From: Blasia pusilla
Taxonomy: Eukaryota
DNA length: 64,000 bases
Assembly: GCA_050084515.1 (NCBI GenBank)
Contig: CM114271.1
Coordinates: forward strand, 38,254,001 to 38,318,000
Direction of reading: 5' to 3'
The translations under genes were made by a program, and so were the position numbers. Below the pieces are notes generated by a model. It had not been told where the DNA came from and made no database searches. It saw only the letters and a list, made by a program, of their open reading frames with translations. Shown piece after piece: positions 52,607 through 64,000 of the stretch (its first letter is position 1; every line of letters begins with the position of its first letter).

Positions 52607-53120
52607 TGTCACGACTAGTAGGATAGATTGGTGGGATCTAGCAGAGCGTCTGCACGAATAGTGGAGGACAGGCCCAAGATGTCGAGGACGACCTGTTGAG
52701 GCCAGGGGAAACCTGAGAGAGCAAGTTTCCCCTTCGTTTCGGCTCATTTGGAGCCATATAGAGAAACTTACTATTTCGGATAAGTTTCCATGTTGGGGAT
52801 AGTTGACTTTCCACTTTGGGAAGTGGCACTTGACCCGCTATAGTAGATCAAGAGCCAAGGAGGTGACCTGCGAGCATAGGTTACCATTGAGAGGGCTTGG
52901 GAGAGGGAAGGGGGAAAACCTCCAAGAGAGAGAGCTTGAGAGCCCATTCTCTCTTTGTTGAACCTCTTAGCATAAGGCGGCGGAGCTATGGTCCCTTGCC
53001 TTATGAGTGTAACCCAAGCCTCTCATTAGGAGAGTGGGTTTGGTTTGACATGAGAGAGAGTGCACACCTTTGAGAGCTATGGTGTGAGATGGTGTAGAGA
53101 GAGATTGGATCTTTCTTTTA
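52607..53120 (+). repeat. Terminal repeat A1 of element 2
   Basis: Matches A2 at 63288-63800. Followed by ACAATGAGAGATTGAG, a degenerate self-priming PBS. Confidence 0.93.
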
Positions 53121-54640
53121 CAATGAGAGATTGAGAGATCTTCATGGGGGAGCTCCTAGGTCACTCGCTGTTTTTGCAGGTTGGGGACCGTGTACTCCGT
53201 TCAGCGGCTCATGGGAGTGCTCACCGGAGCAAGGGCTACTTTGATTGTTCTTTGCATTTGCCGATTTTTCGTGTGGAAGAGTGGCGCGCGGAAGCGCTGC
53301 CCAATTTCAGATAGGGATTGATTATGGGGGCGGGTCGCCCCCTGCTTCCGCTCTTGGGAGCACCATGTAGCTTTCTGATTTGTATTTTTACAGGTTTTAC
53401 ATTTTTTTGGAGAAATCAGCGCGGAAGCGCTGCCAAATTTTGTGTAGGAGAAAGAGACATTTGGCTTTACAACAATCCCTGTCAGTTTTTACTTGAATGT
53501 TCAATTCTAAATATATTTTGACATTGTTGTAGATCGCAAAGTTGTGCATGCTGTGCAACAAACAATGTGCAATTTGGAGTTTTGAGCAAAAAGTTATGGT
53601 CAATCTTGAAAAATTGCCATTACTAGGCGATTTTTAGGGTTAAATTGTTCAAACCCTAAACCAACCGCCACACCGGCAGTGGCTGTCGCCGTCATAGTCA
53701 CCGGTCAATGGTCAACCATCATTGTCAATGGTTCACCATCCATTGTCCACCCTTTGGTTGCCATTGCCGCCATTACGGAATGGAGGGTCTTCCACGACGT
53801 TCGTTGATTCTCTAACTTGCGTCGCCACCACGTACTTTGTTTAGGCCGCCACCGTCATCGCAATTTTGTCATCAACTAGTGATGGAAGATGACCTACGGT
53901 TATGGTGTTTGAGTTTGATTTCATGCTGCTATGTTATGATTGGTAGCCGCTCGATGAAGATCGAGTACCGTGCCGTGACGCCTGTAGCCGCAACGCCGCC
54001 GATTGCTGCGCTGTGCCGCTCGTGGCCCAACCACACTGTCTCGATCGTGGAACCGCTCCTTCACTAAGGAGCAGAGTGTGTGAATTTTTGATTGAGGAGG
54101 GTATGCTGCCGAGTGCCGCTCCCCATTCCCGAGTGCCGTGTTGTTTGTAGCCGTTCCGTGCCCCCAGTGCCGCACAGGACCGCTCGACCTACACCGCACA
54201 TCGAGGAGGTTGAGTAGCGTCAGTACGAGAGGAGTACGACTTGCTAATTGGAGGAGTTCTCTTCACGACCAAGTTGGGGTCGAGATTTGCAGTTGCTGAG
54301 GAGCGACATCGATATGTGTTCAGGTTACCCATTCTGGTCCTTTACACTGCACGTGTGAGGGATTCTGGGATTTGGGTAGTTTATTTGGGGATATTGGGTT
54401 GTGTGGATGTTGAGAGCATCATTCATGTATGTGGTTTAGGGGACATAGACCTGTGTGAGATGTCCGAAGTTGAGGGTAGGTTATCGATGAGATGATAGCC
54501 TCGTCGATTTGCCGCACCATGCCGCGTGTTGTCGCACGTTACACGTCTCGGGGAGGGAGAGTGTAGATTGAGTGCCGCATGTTTGGGATAAGTGATTGAG
54601 GGATAACTCATGAGGTTGAGAGTGATCGGGTGAGAGGGGC

Positions 54641-57600
54641 ATGAGGGTCATCACGGCGTTCGTTCGGGACTTTGAGAGGCGAGGTGGTGAACCGGAGAGT
54701 AGCTCTAGAGGTTTTACGCGGAGTGGCGCGAGGTTCCAAGGGTCTCCACGTGAGGGACCACCTCGACCTCCTTCTGTGTCATCGTCAGACAAGGGGGAGG
54801 GTGTAGAGGAGTTTGTGAGCACATTACCACACATTGTGAGTGGTCATACCAGTTGGGCATACGAGATGGACGACCGGGGTAGAGGACCGCGTACGTTTTC
54901 AGGTACAGTAGGCACGATTGAGTTGCACAATTTCATAGCATAGTTTAGGAGTTGGTGCGACTCCCAGCGGGCCAAGAACTCTAGAGAGTTCAACCCGTTT
55001 ACAGCATGGAACCGTATGTTCCAGCATTTAGAGGGGGCACCCATGGACGATTACCATGAGTTCTCTCAGAGATATGCACTTGAGATCGAGGCTTGGAGGC
55101 TCTACTATGACCCACATTATGTGTCATGGACGGATCCGTTCCCAGATGAGGAGGAGGAGTCATGAGAGGCTACTTCCTCTTCCACTAGTGACATTTTAGG
55201 AGGGTTCACTCGCACTAGAGCAGTTGCACCGTCTAGTCGGGTTCGTCCTAGATTCAACCCTGTGGTTGAGTTCTTTGCTGAGTTGAGGTCGAGCTATCAG
55301 CGGGTACGGACGGAGAAGTTGCGGAGCATCCACCACTTCCAGAGGTGCCATGGTGAGAGTTTGCGTGAGGCTTACACTCGCTTGCGCCAATTGATCAACG
55401 TCACTCAAGGCGTGAGAGAGGCTCAGGCTATCCAATCATGGTACGCGATGCTGGACCGGACCATACGGACACGAGTGCGGGAGGGGGTGCTTCTTATGAA
55501 CACCTCCCCTACGTTGAGAGATGTTTTTAGGACCGCCGAGAACATTGAGCACAACATGGCGGAGGAGAGCGTAGCCACCATGGGTTCTAGGCGAGAGCAG
55601 CCACGATTGGTTACACCACATGTGCAACAACGTGGACTCCGAGATAGGTCGATTGTGGCACCACGAGCTCAGGGAGGATACCACGAGGCCGTGCCACAGA
55701 GACGTGCGAGCTCACCAGCAACCGCCTACTATTACTTGTTGGTCATGTGATGGAGCCCATCATCAACGCGATTGCACTTATCAGGGTCATGGATGTGTGC
55801 CTTAACATGGAGGACGAGATGGTGCTACGCCAGGAGGTTATCAGTGTAACTATTGTTAGAGGTATGGTCATACACGCGCCAGGTGTTTCAATTTACATCT
55901 TGAGTTACGTCCGGACCGAGGGCCAGAGAGGGCACCAGAGTGAGTAGCCGGTCTAGGTGGGCTAGAGATCGTGTACCAGGTGGTCCCGTAGGGGGACGAG
56001 GAGCTGGAGTTGCTCGACAGGGTGGTGGAGCTGCCCGTGGAGGAGGTAGAATACCACCATCTAGACGCGCCGAGGGAGACGCCGGACGTGAGGCTGGGAT
56101 GGCTGCTCAGATACAACAACTACAGGAGCAGATTACCGCTATGGCATTGAGGTTACCCGATGCCGGATCCATGGCATCGACATCATATGGAGCAGCCAGA
56201 GATATGGAGGATCCTGGTTGGATGTGCGGGCTTGCCCAGATGGAGGCCGCCGCAGTTGTGACGTGTGGAGCAACCGGAGAGTTGGATCCACAACGAGGGG
56301 AAGCCAAAAAATAGACTAGGCTTCCTCAGTCTTTCACATTGTCCGAAGCGATGAGGACCCCATCTGTCACAACCCTCATAACCAAACAACACCAAATAGG
56401 CGCCAAGCGAAACATCAAAACTCAGAGGAACTCACGTTGCGAGGTTTGCGCTTTGGAGAGGCGTTTGGATAAGTCTCTTGGAAAAGTCTAAGAGACAAAA
56501 CGCGGAATAGAGTTGTGTGTTTCATACGTTAGTGGTCGCGACCAAGAAATCTAGAACAAACGCGAGCCAAGACTTGAGATGAGTTGAGTCTTGGGAGGTT
56601 GGTTGCCAAAGAGGTGAGAACCAGTTTGGAACACGACTAGCGTTTGGGAGAATCTGATTGTGTGTAGGACCATAACGTTGAGCTCCAAGATGCGTTTGGG
56701 ACAAATAAGGGTGCGTTGGAAAGCTGATCTTAAGACACTTCTAATGCACTAAAGATATCAGAAAACACATAAGTACAGGCTAAATATTGGCCAAAAACGA
56801 TTGAGACATCAACTGGATTGAGGGCCAATTGGAGAGGCCCGTGTGTCTTTCCCTAAATGTAGGGGGCCCCCGGAGATCCCTAGAAGTACTAGTAAGGTAG
56901 GAGTCTCTCCGAGATGTCTCGGGAAATGAATCCCCACTTTGGGCGCCAAACGGCATTTCAGAGGCACGGGATGGAACGGGAGTTTGGCGTGGGAACTCAA
57001 AACCCAAACCTGATCCAAGGGAGTGGACTTTGTATGCCACATTTGGATCCCAACCCGAGATTCACTTTGTGTGAGTCTTGATGAGGAACTCATTGGATGT
57101 CCATCGGACAGTTGGAACCGCTAGGCGCGAAACGCCGTTTCAGGTTCCTGAACCGACTAGAAAGTCTGCCCCAAGTCTTTCGAGATTTTCCCGTGTTGTA
57201 AACCGCGAAACTAGGAAGGTTCAGCTTGATGAGAGTCCGAGACGAGAACTCGGAAAGTAATCCCGCTGATTGATCCAAGACCCGACTAACCAAAGTGCGT
57301 GTTTGGATGCAGATCAGCGTTGAGAGCGTGACCTACTGAACGCACGCTTCCGCAACAAACAAGATTAACGTTCAAGGAGAGTAGGCGTACGACACCATCG
57401 ATGGGTCCTCATCAAAGTTCCTAGAGAGTTGGTGATGTTGTTGGTGTGCAAGCATGAAGGGCGATGGGAGAAGAGAGTGCGACGACTCCTATTGTTGATG
57501 CTCAGGAGAGGCATGTGTCGAGCACGTTGTTGGGGGCGGCCACCACTGTGTATTGCACTTATTTCTTTTCTGCTTCCGATGTTATGACATTGGGGGGTAC

Positions 57601-58260
57601 GCCCGCCAAGGCTTTTCGGCTGACCGCTTCACTATATGAGCGCGGAGTTGGAGTTCTTGCATCACGTTTAGAGGTGATTGCAGAGGAGGTGATGGTCCTA
57701 CCCTTGGAGCGGATGCTCGGACCGTCCACGTCAGATTCATAGTAGGCTGCGGCTGCTAGGATGGTGGAGATGCCCGCTAGACCCGCGATAGAGCGTGCCA
57801 TGGCTTCTCTTGGTGCTGTGTTGCTGGATAACTGAGGAGAGGTCTTCCAGTTGGTGAGTCCCGGAGGTAGAGCTTTTAGTCCGCAGCGCATCTTGTTGGA
57901 TTCAATAGCGCAACCCTTGATGTTGGGGAAAGCGTCATTAAGAGGATTGGGCTTGACGAGAGCCAATGTGGAGTGTTGTCCATTCCGAATACAGACATTC
58001 TTGGATGGAGCGAGTACCACACAGTATATCACCTGACAAGAGGTCGTGGTGAGGATTCGCCCAAGACATCCTACAGATGAGTCTGTGGTGCGAGCCAAGG
58101 CAATAGTGATTGATGTAGAGTCCAACGACGTCTTGGTTGGTGGAGCAATATTATACCTAATGGGGTTTTCCTTGGATTACTGGGAGGAGTCAACGTCCTA
58201 CAGACCAAGATGGTAGTCAAGTGATGGGTGCCTTAGCTCATTACCCGTTCGATTCACAGG
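54641..58260 (+). pseudogene. gag and protease of element 2, interrupted by a solo LTR
   Basis: Colinear with element 1 2719-5220. Knuckles CWSCDGAHHQRDC and CNYC*RYGHTRARC (55845-55886); protease RILLDSIAQ. Confidence 0.85.
56365..57394. mobile_element. 1030-bp solo LTR (or non-coding LTR-type insertion) nested in element 2
   Basis: TGTCAC...CGACA ends, perfect 5-bp TSD CCATC (56360-56364 / 57395-57399), and absent at the homologous site of element 1 (about 4390). Confidence 0.9.
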
Positions 58261-58612
58261 TGCAGTGATTGAGCGACGGCCAGGAGAGGTGGCAAGCTTA
58301 ACAACATTTAGCAGTGTCATCACTTGGCCTAGTGATTTGATTGAGGGACATGTCCATGCAGAGGATACTCCCGTTCCTGACATTTCTATGGATAGGAGTG
58401 TTATGGTAGCCGCATCATTCCGTGGAGGAGAGGTGCCGTTGTGGGGCTCGATTGAGGAGCTTCGACGATTGGCAGATGAGCACGTGCATACCACGTGGAG
58501 CGAGGCGTTTGCATCGGAGCGTGACCGGTCTGAGGAACCCGAGGTAGTAGGGAGTGCTATGATGACACCCTTGGATACCACATCCATTGTGTGGTGTGTC
58601 TCGGAGGAGGGT

Positions 58613-59530
58613 ATTTGAGTGTTAGATCTCTTTGGAGGGATTAGCACCGGGTTAGCTGCTGTTTTGCAGACATGAGTGCGAGTGCAGCAGTACTTGTATG
58701 TGGAGAGTGATGATGTTGGGAAGCGCGTCTCACTACTACATATGGCATAGTTATGCCTACATTTTCCCGACTTATTTTCTGCGTCCGCGGTACAAGGGTA
58801 TTAGAGTTCCCTACCGAGGGATATTTCGTTGCTGGGGACGCAGGACTTAGAGCGGGTAGGGACCATTGATTTGGTTATTGCCGATTGGCCATGTCAGGGC
58901 CAATCAAGTGCTGGACGAGGCAGTGGGTTGGCTGACACTCGGTCCAGGTTGTTTTGGGAGACGTTGAGGATCTTACGGCAGTTGCAAGAGCACCAATCTC
59001 ATTCTCCAGCCTACATTCTGGAGAATGTGCCGATCTTAGGAGACTCCAGGTCACGGATGGTGACGAGTGCTCATCAGGTGCGTGCCTGGATTGGCCCAGC
59101 TGTGTCCTTGGATGTGGCAAGTGTAGGTTCTAGAGCCCATCGCCCGCGTATATGGTGGACCAACTTGGTGCCGCATGCGGTGTTACGGAGGGTGTATGCG
59201 AGAGTGGAGCACCCCTCCCATTTGTTAGTGGATTCCATTCTAGACCCAGGTCGTTGATCACAGGAAATGAGGGACGATGATCGACCATCGTTGACTATGG
59301 TCAACATGGTAGGCAGGCCGTGGGCAGCCTTGCCCACGTTTGTGAGTTTTCCCACTTCCTATGCATACAAGGAGGCCGGTCCTTGCTTGGTTTGGGATGA
59401 CCACGTTCAGTGGTTGGTGGAGCCCAACGCCGAAGAGAGAGAGCGAGCGATGGGATTTCCCACAGGAGTGACGGAAATATTGTCAGTTTCAAAGGCATCA
59501 CGACGCCATGTCTTGGGTCAGGGATGGACC
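58613..59530 (+). pseudogene. DNMT3-like methyltransferase domain, element 2
   Basis: VLDLFGGISTG, IDLVIADWPCQGQS, YILENV, AHRPRIWWTNL, ERERAMGFP, RRHVLGQ. Confidence 0.92.
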
Positions 59531-59901
59531 TGAACTGCTTGACATGGATTCTCAGCTTGGAAGTGGCTGAGCAGCGCCATATGAGATCGCGACAGATCAC
59601 AGCGGTTGCGTTGGTGAGACCTATGCCCACCGAGACGGTGGAGGCAGTGGCTAGGGGCGAGACCCTAGGAGATCTACACACCAGGGGAGATCAGGAGAGA
59701 CACCCTTGGACTTCTTGAGATGTTTTGCAGGTACGCCAGGAGATGATAGCCACAGCATCGAGCGTGGTTCCAGGCACTGCACGTGGAGGAGATCAGAGTT
59801 TGCAATTGGTTGTAGGAGAGCGGCCGAGTGTTGTTGTTCGAGACGGGGTTGCACCATAGCAACCACCGATATCCGCGCCGGAGAGTCCTACCGTAGTCAC
59901 G

Positions 59902-62900
59902 ATGGAGACTTGGGAGCCATATATGGGCCCTAAGTTGACAAGAGGAGAGTGGCGCCGGATACATCAGTTCCTCAGGAGTTATAGGAGCTGCTTTGCGTTT
60001 AGCATGGAGGATTTGGATACTCTTAAGGGACCGGATATCCGCATTGAGTTGTCGAGTGATACGCCAATCTTCCGACGACGCTACAGGTACAGTGATATGG
60101 AGAGGGCTCTGATTGAGAGTAGGAGCCATGATTTGGTCGGAGCAGGATTAGTGGAGATGTCACATGGGGAGTATGCATCTGCCGCTATCATGCCCGCCAA
60201 GAAGGATGTGCATGGCAACTGGACGGATAGGCGGATGTGTGGGGATTATCGACCTATCAATCGGTAGACAAAGTCTTATAGGTATGCCATGCCCACTCCT
60301 GAGGATATCTTTGATGCGATTGGTCACGCAAAGATCTTCAGTTCATTGGATTTGTGAGCCGGATACCATCAACTGCCTATCAGATTGGAGGACAGGTAGA
60401 AGACGGCATTTTGGGGCATCAATCCTCACGGAAAGGATTGCTTGTACCAGTGGCGATTCTTACCATTTGGGTTAAAGAACGCCCCGGCTGAGTTTCAGAG
60501 GGTCATGGATAGGATCTTGGCTGATCAAGATTTTACTAGGTGTTATATTGATGGCATCGTAGTCTTTAGCGCCAAAGTTGAGGAGCATGAGGGACATCAA
60601 GAGGAGGTGTTTTGATGCTTGCAATTACATGGGCTGAAGCTACATCCAGGCAAGTGCAAGTTCTTCTACGACCAGATTGAGTACTTGGGTCATACGATAT
60701 ACCCAGGGGGCCTTGGTGTTCAGCAGACCAAGATAGAGGCTATCTCACTCATTCCACGCCCTACAGATGTGAGCCGTGTTCGCGCATTCATGTGATTGGC
60801 AAACTTCTATTGGCGGTACGTCAAGGAATTCAATTCGATTGTGAAGCCGCTAACATTGCTGACCAATGTGGATCACGAGTGGCACTGGGGGGATGAGCAG
60901 ATGAGCATTTCACTTGCTCAAGGACAGGTTGACGTCCGCGCCCATCTTAAGGAGACCGATCAGGGGGCGTCCTTTCCAGTTGCACACAGATTGGAGCATG
61001 TTGGGGCTTGGAGTGGTGCTCACCCAGCATCATGATGAGGGTAGAGAGTTCGTGATGGCTTACGCTAGCCGCTCAAACAATGCTGCAGAGGCGAAGTACA
61101 ACTCGTATGAGGGTGAGTGCTTGGGTGCAGTGTGGGCTGTCGCACATTTCAGGTGTTACTTATTCGGAAACCCCTTTACCATCATCATTGATCATCAACC
61201 ACTGAAGAGGTTGATGGAGTCCGAAAAGCTTACAGGGAAGCTTGCGAGATGGGCTCTATTGTTGCAAGAGTATATTTTCATGTGGTACATAGACCTGGGA
61301 CGCTCAACCAGGATGCATATGGGTTGAGTCGTAACCCATGCCGAGTCAACAAGATGCAACAGGATCTCGATGGCATGGAGAGAGTGATGAGGAGTCAGTG
61401 CCAGGATGGCACGCGTCAACCTATTTAGGCATGTTGGCTATGAAGAGCCAAAGTGTGGAAACTTCCATGGCGAGGTCTAGTGGAGAGTCCTTGGATCCCG
61501 AGGCTAGTGAGGAGATGACATGTGGCCAAGATATTCATGATTATGGAGTAGTCTTGGAGTACCTTCGTACTGACAGCGTTGCGAGCACCGTGGGTGCTAG
61601 AGAGTGGGATCGGATCCTACAACGGGCTAGACGGTTCCGTTGGGAGGGGACACATGTTTTGAGGAATTGAGAGGATGGTAGAGTACGCGTAGCGCCGCAT
61701 CCTTCACAGAGAGCACGACTAGTGCAGCATGCCCACAAGGATTTTGGTCACTTTGGGGTGAAAGCGGAGGTACAGCTTGCTCCAGATTCAGTATTGGTGG
61801 CGAGGCATGCAGATTGACGTCTAGCAGTTTGTTGCCAGGTGCATGGTGTGTGATCGAGTTTGAGCATCGTTCAATGCTCCGACTCCACAATTGCATCCAT
61901 TACCGGTCATGGGCTTAGGATATAGATGGAGTTTGGATTTTGCAGGACCTTTGCCTTTGACGGAGCGTCATAGTCATTATGTGTTGATGATGGTCAAGTA
62001 CTTCTCGAAGTGGATCGAGTCGGTTGCATTGCCTGACAAAGCGAGTGAGGGAGTAGCTTATGCCTTCCTTGATAGGGTGCTGAGTCATTATGGTGCAACG
62101 GCTGAGGTGTTGACAGACCAGAGTATCGAGTTTCACGGTGAGTTCCATACCTTGTGTGATCAGGCATTGATCGACCACTGTACAACTTTGCGAGATCATC
62201 CTGAGGCGGATGGATTAGCAGAGAGAGTTGTGCAGACGATGAACAGGGGTTTACGCAAGTATGGCTTGCAGAGAGGTCACCTAAGAGATTGGGACCTCCA
62301 GTTGCCATGGTTGGCGATGGGATACAGATTCAGTAGGCAGGCATCCTTAGCGTCTTTTTCACCGTACTTGCTACTTTATGGCCAAGAGCCAGATTTACCT
62401 GCGGCCATTAGTCGAGATGCTGATGAGGTGCCGGACCTTGATGACCCAGATGTATGGATGCGAGCATGTTCTTAGAGGGCTGAGTTGTTTTGGAGAATGA
62501 TGCCCATGGCGTTCGAGAACTTGGCAATTGTGTAGCATCGGGATACGTTGAGGTATGCGACTATTCGGGATGGTGGTTATCGACCAACTATCTGGAGGTT
62601 TCATCAAGGAGATTATGTCTACTTGCAGCAGACGGCACCGATGACGTTGGATGTGAGTGCAAGGCGCACTATCCTAAGAGTGCGTGATGTTTTGCCATTT
62701 GGTGTTCTCTTGCTGGAGGGACGCGATGGTATGGTATGGAAGGACCATATGTGTAATTGTGCACCATGTCACCTTCCTAACATTAATGGCACAGTAGATC
62801 TGAGCTCAGCAATAGTTCCTGCACGCTTGCGTTGTATGTTGTGTGGTTTTGCTCGTGGTGCGGCCACAATTCTAGTCTGCGATGGATGTTCGAGAGGTTG

Positions 62901-62973
62901 GCATATGGCATGTCTGACGCCACCTCACACTAGGGTTCCTCGAGGACGATGGATGTATCCCAGATATACATAG
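59902..62973 (+). pseudogene. pol: RT, RNase H, integrase and PHD finger of element 2
   Basis: RMCGDYRPIN; YIDG (mutated YIDD); FQLHTDWS..YSYEGECL; WSLDF/VLTDQ/GLAER; PHD at 62833-62970 with last Cys pair mutated to Tyr. Many stops. Confidence 0.95.
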
Positions 62974-63149
62974 AGGAGATACTAGGTAGGTTTTGATTCC
63001 GAATTTTTCTATGACATGGATGACAGGAAGCGACTAACGATGGGGCCACATGAGCACCCGGCCTTTTTGCTCTTAGTGTCCTAGAGATGTATGTCGTGGT
63101 AGGTAGGGATAGATGGCTATCTGGAGTTAGAGGGACCTAACCACCAACT

Positions 63150-63910
63150 AGGAGGGCGATTGGAGATATTTTGATACTTCTCCCTGTGTGTATGGATGCC
63201 ATGAGTTAGCATGGGATCGTCTGTGTTTGTGTGTGTGTTCGATGACAGTGATGTATGTTATATAGCGATGTGTATGCGCACAAAAATTGTCATGATTGTT
63301 AGGATAGATTGGTGGGATCTAGCAGAGTGTCTACACGAGTAGTGGAGGACATGCCCAAGAGGTCGACGATGACTTGTTGAGGCCCCGAGAAACCTGAGAG
63401 AGCAGGTTTCCCCTTCGTTTTGGCTCATTTGGAGCCATATAGAGAAACTTACTATTTCGGATAAGTTTCCATATTGGGGATAGTTGACTTTCTACTTTTG
63501 GAAGTGGCACTTGACCCGCTACAGTAGGTCAAGAGCCAAGGAGGTGACCTGCGAGCATAGGTTACCGTTGAGAGGGCTTGGGAGAGGGAAGGGGGTATAC
63601 CTCCAAGAGAGAGAGCTTGAGAGCTCATTCTCTCTTTGTTGAACCTCTCGGCATAAGGCGGCGGAGTTATGGTCCCTTGCCTTGTGAGTGTAACCCAAGC
63701 CTCTCAATAGGAGAGTGGGTTTGGTTTGACATGAGAGAGAGTGCACACCTTTGAGAGCTATGGTGTGAGATGGTATAGAGAGAAATTGGATCTTATTTTA
63801 TTGGAGATATTTTGGTACTTCTCGCCTCTGTATATGGATGTTATGAGTTAGCATGGGATCGTTTGTGTTTTTGTGTGTGTTCGATGACAACGATGTGTAT
63901 GCGCACAACA
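63150..63910 (+). repeat. 3' end of element 2: PPT-like AGGAGGGC (63150-63157), B1 (63159-63285), 2-nt spacer, A2 (63288-63800), B2 (63800-63910)
   Basis: B1 and B2 both read ATTGGAGATATTTTG.TACTTCTC...GATGTGTATGCGCACAA(C/A)A; A2 matches A1. Confidence 0.93.
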
Positions 63911-64000
63911 ACTCCATAGTGTTGCAGGTTGAGCAGATGTGTTGTAGGCTAGAATAATTGCAAATAAACGGTGCAGTGCAGAACCTATACGGATCATAAA
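63911..64000 (-). mobile_element. Continuation of the Helitron RepHel gene beyond element 2 (runs off the window)
   Basis: Minus frame LHRLFAIILAYNTSAQPATLW resembles the LRxLFxxIL....P..LW segment of Helitron RepHel proteins and joins in frame with 52606. Confidence 0.8.

Larger units (their letters stand above)
52607..63910 (+). mobile_element. Element 2: full-length decayed copy of the DNMT/PHD gypsy family with split direct repeats, inserted in the Helitron RepHel gene
   Basis: TGTCAC (52607) ... CACAACA (63910). Perfect 4-bp TSD ACTC (52603-52606 / 63911-63914). The empty site restores the Helitron frame LHRLFAIILAYNTSAQPATLW-SQFLLPLLEDLLYERR. Confidence 0.95.

Noticed and set aside
52607-63800. 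Conventional LTR pair A1...A2
   Set aside because: A2 does not end in CA and has no TSD after it. The TSD and the restored Helitron frame place the end after B2 at 63910.

Overview
Repeat-rich land-plant nuclear DNA; a non-seed plant is plausible but the sequence does not prove it. It holds one intact host gene, an 11-exon OEP61-like TPR/tail-anchored chaperone receptor (minus strand, 41356-48196), among nested transposons: hAT, Mutator/SWIM, Helitron, CACTA-like ends, a solo LTR and satellites. The highlight is a Ty3/gypsy-type retrotransposon family with two near full-length decayed copies (2188-10931 and 52607-63910) and one deleted relative. Its pol order is protease - DNMT3-like C5 cytosine methyltransferase - RT - RNaseH - DDE integrase - PHD finger. 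It lacks ordinary paired LTRs. Both copies have split direct repeats, A1-internal-B1-A2-B2 (A about 515 bp, B about 110-130 bp), with TG...CA outer ends and 4-bp target duplications, confirmed by rebuilding the interrupted reading frames. A 16-nt self-priming PBS follows A1, a PPT-like tract precedes B1, and the B1/A2 junction reads CA-nn-TG. My inference is that the reverse-transcribed LTR is B+A and that the element integrates from a 2-LTR circle opened at an attachment site inside the LTR. All coordinates were read by eye and no alignments or database searches were run.
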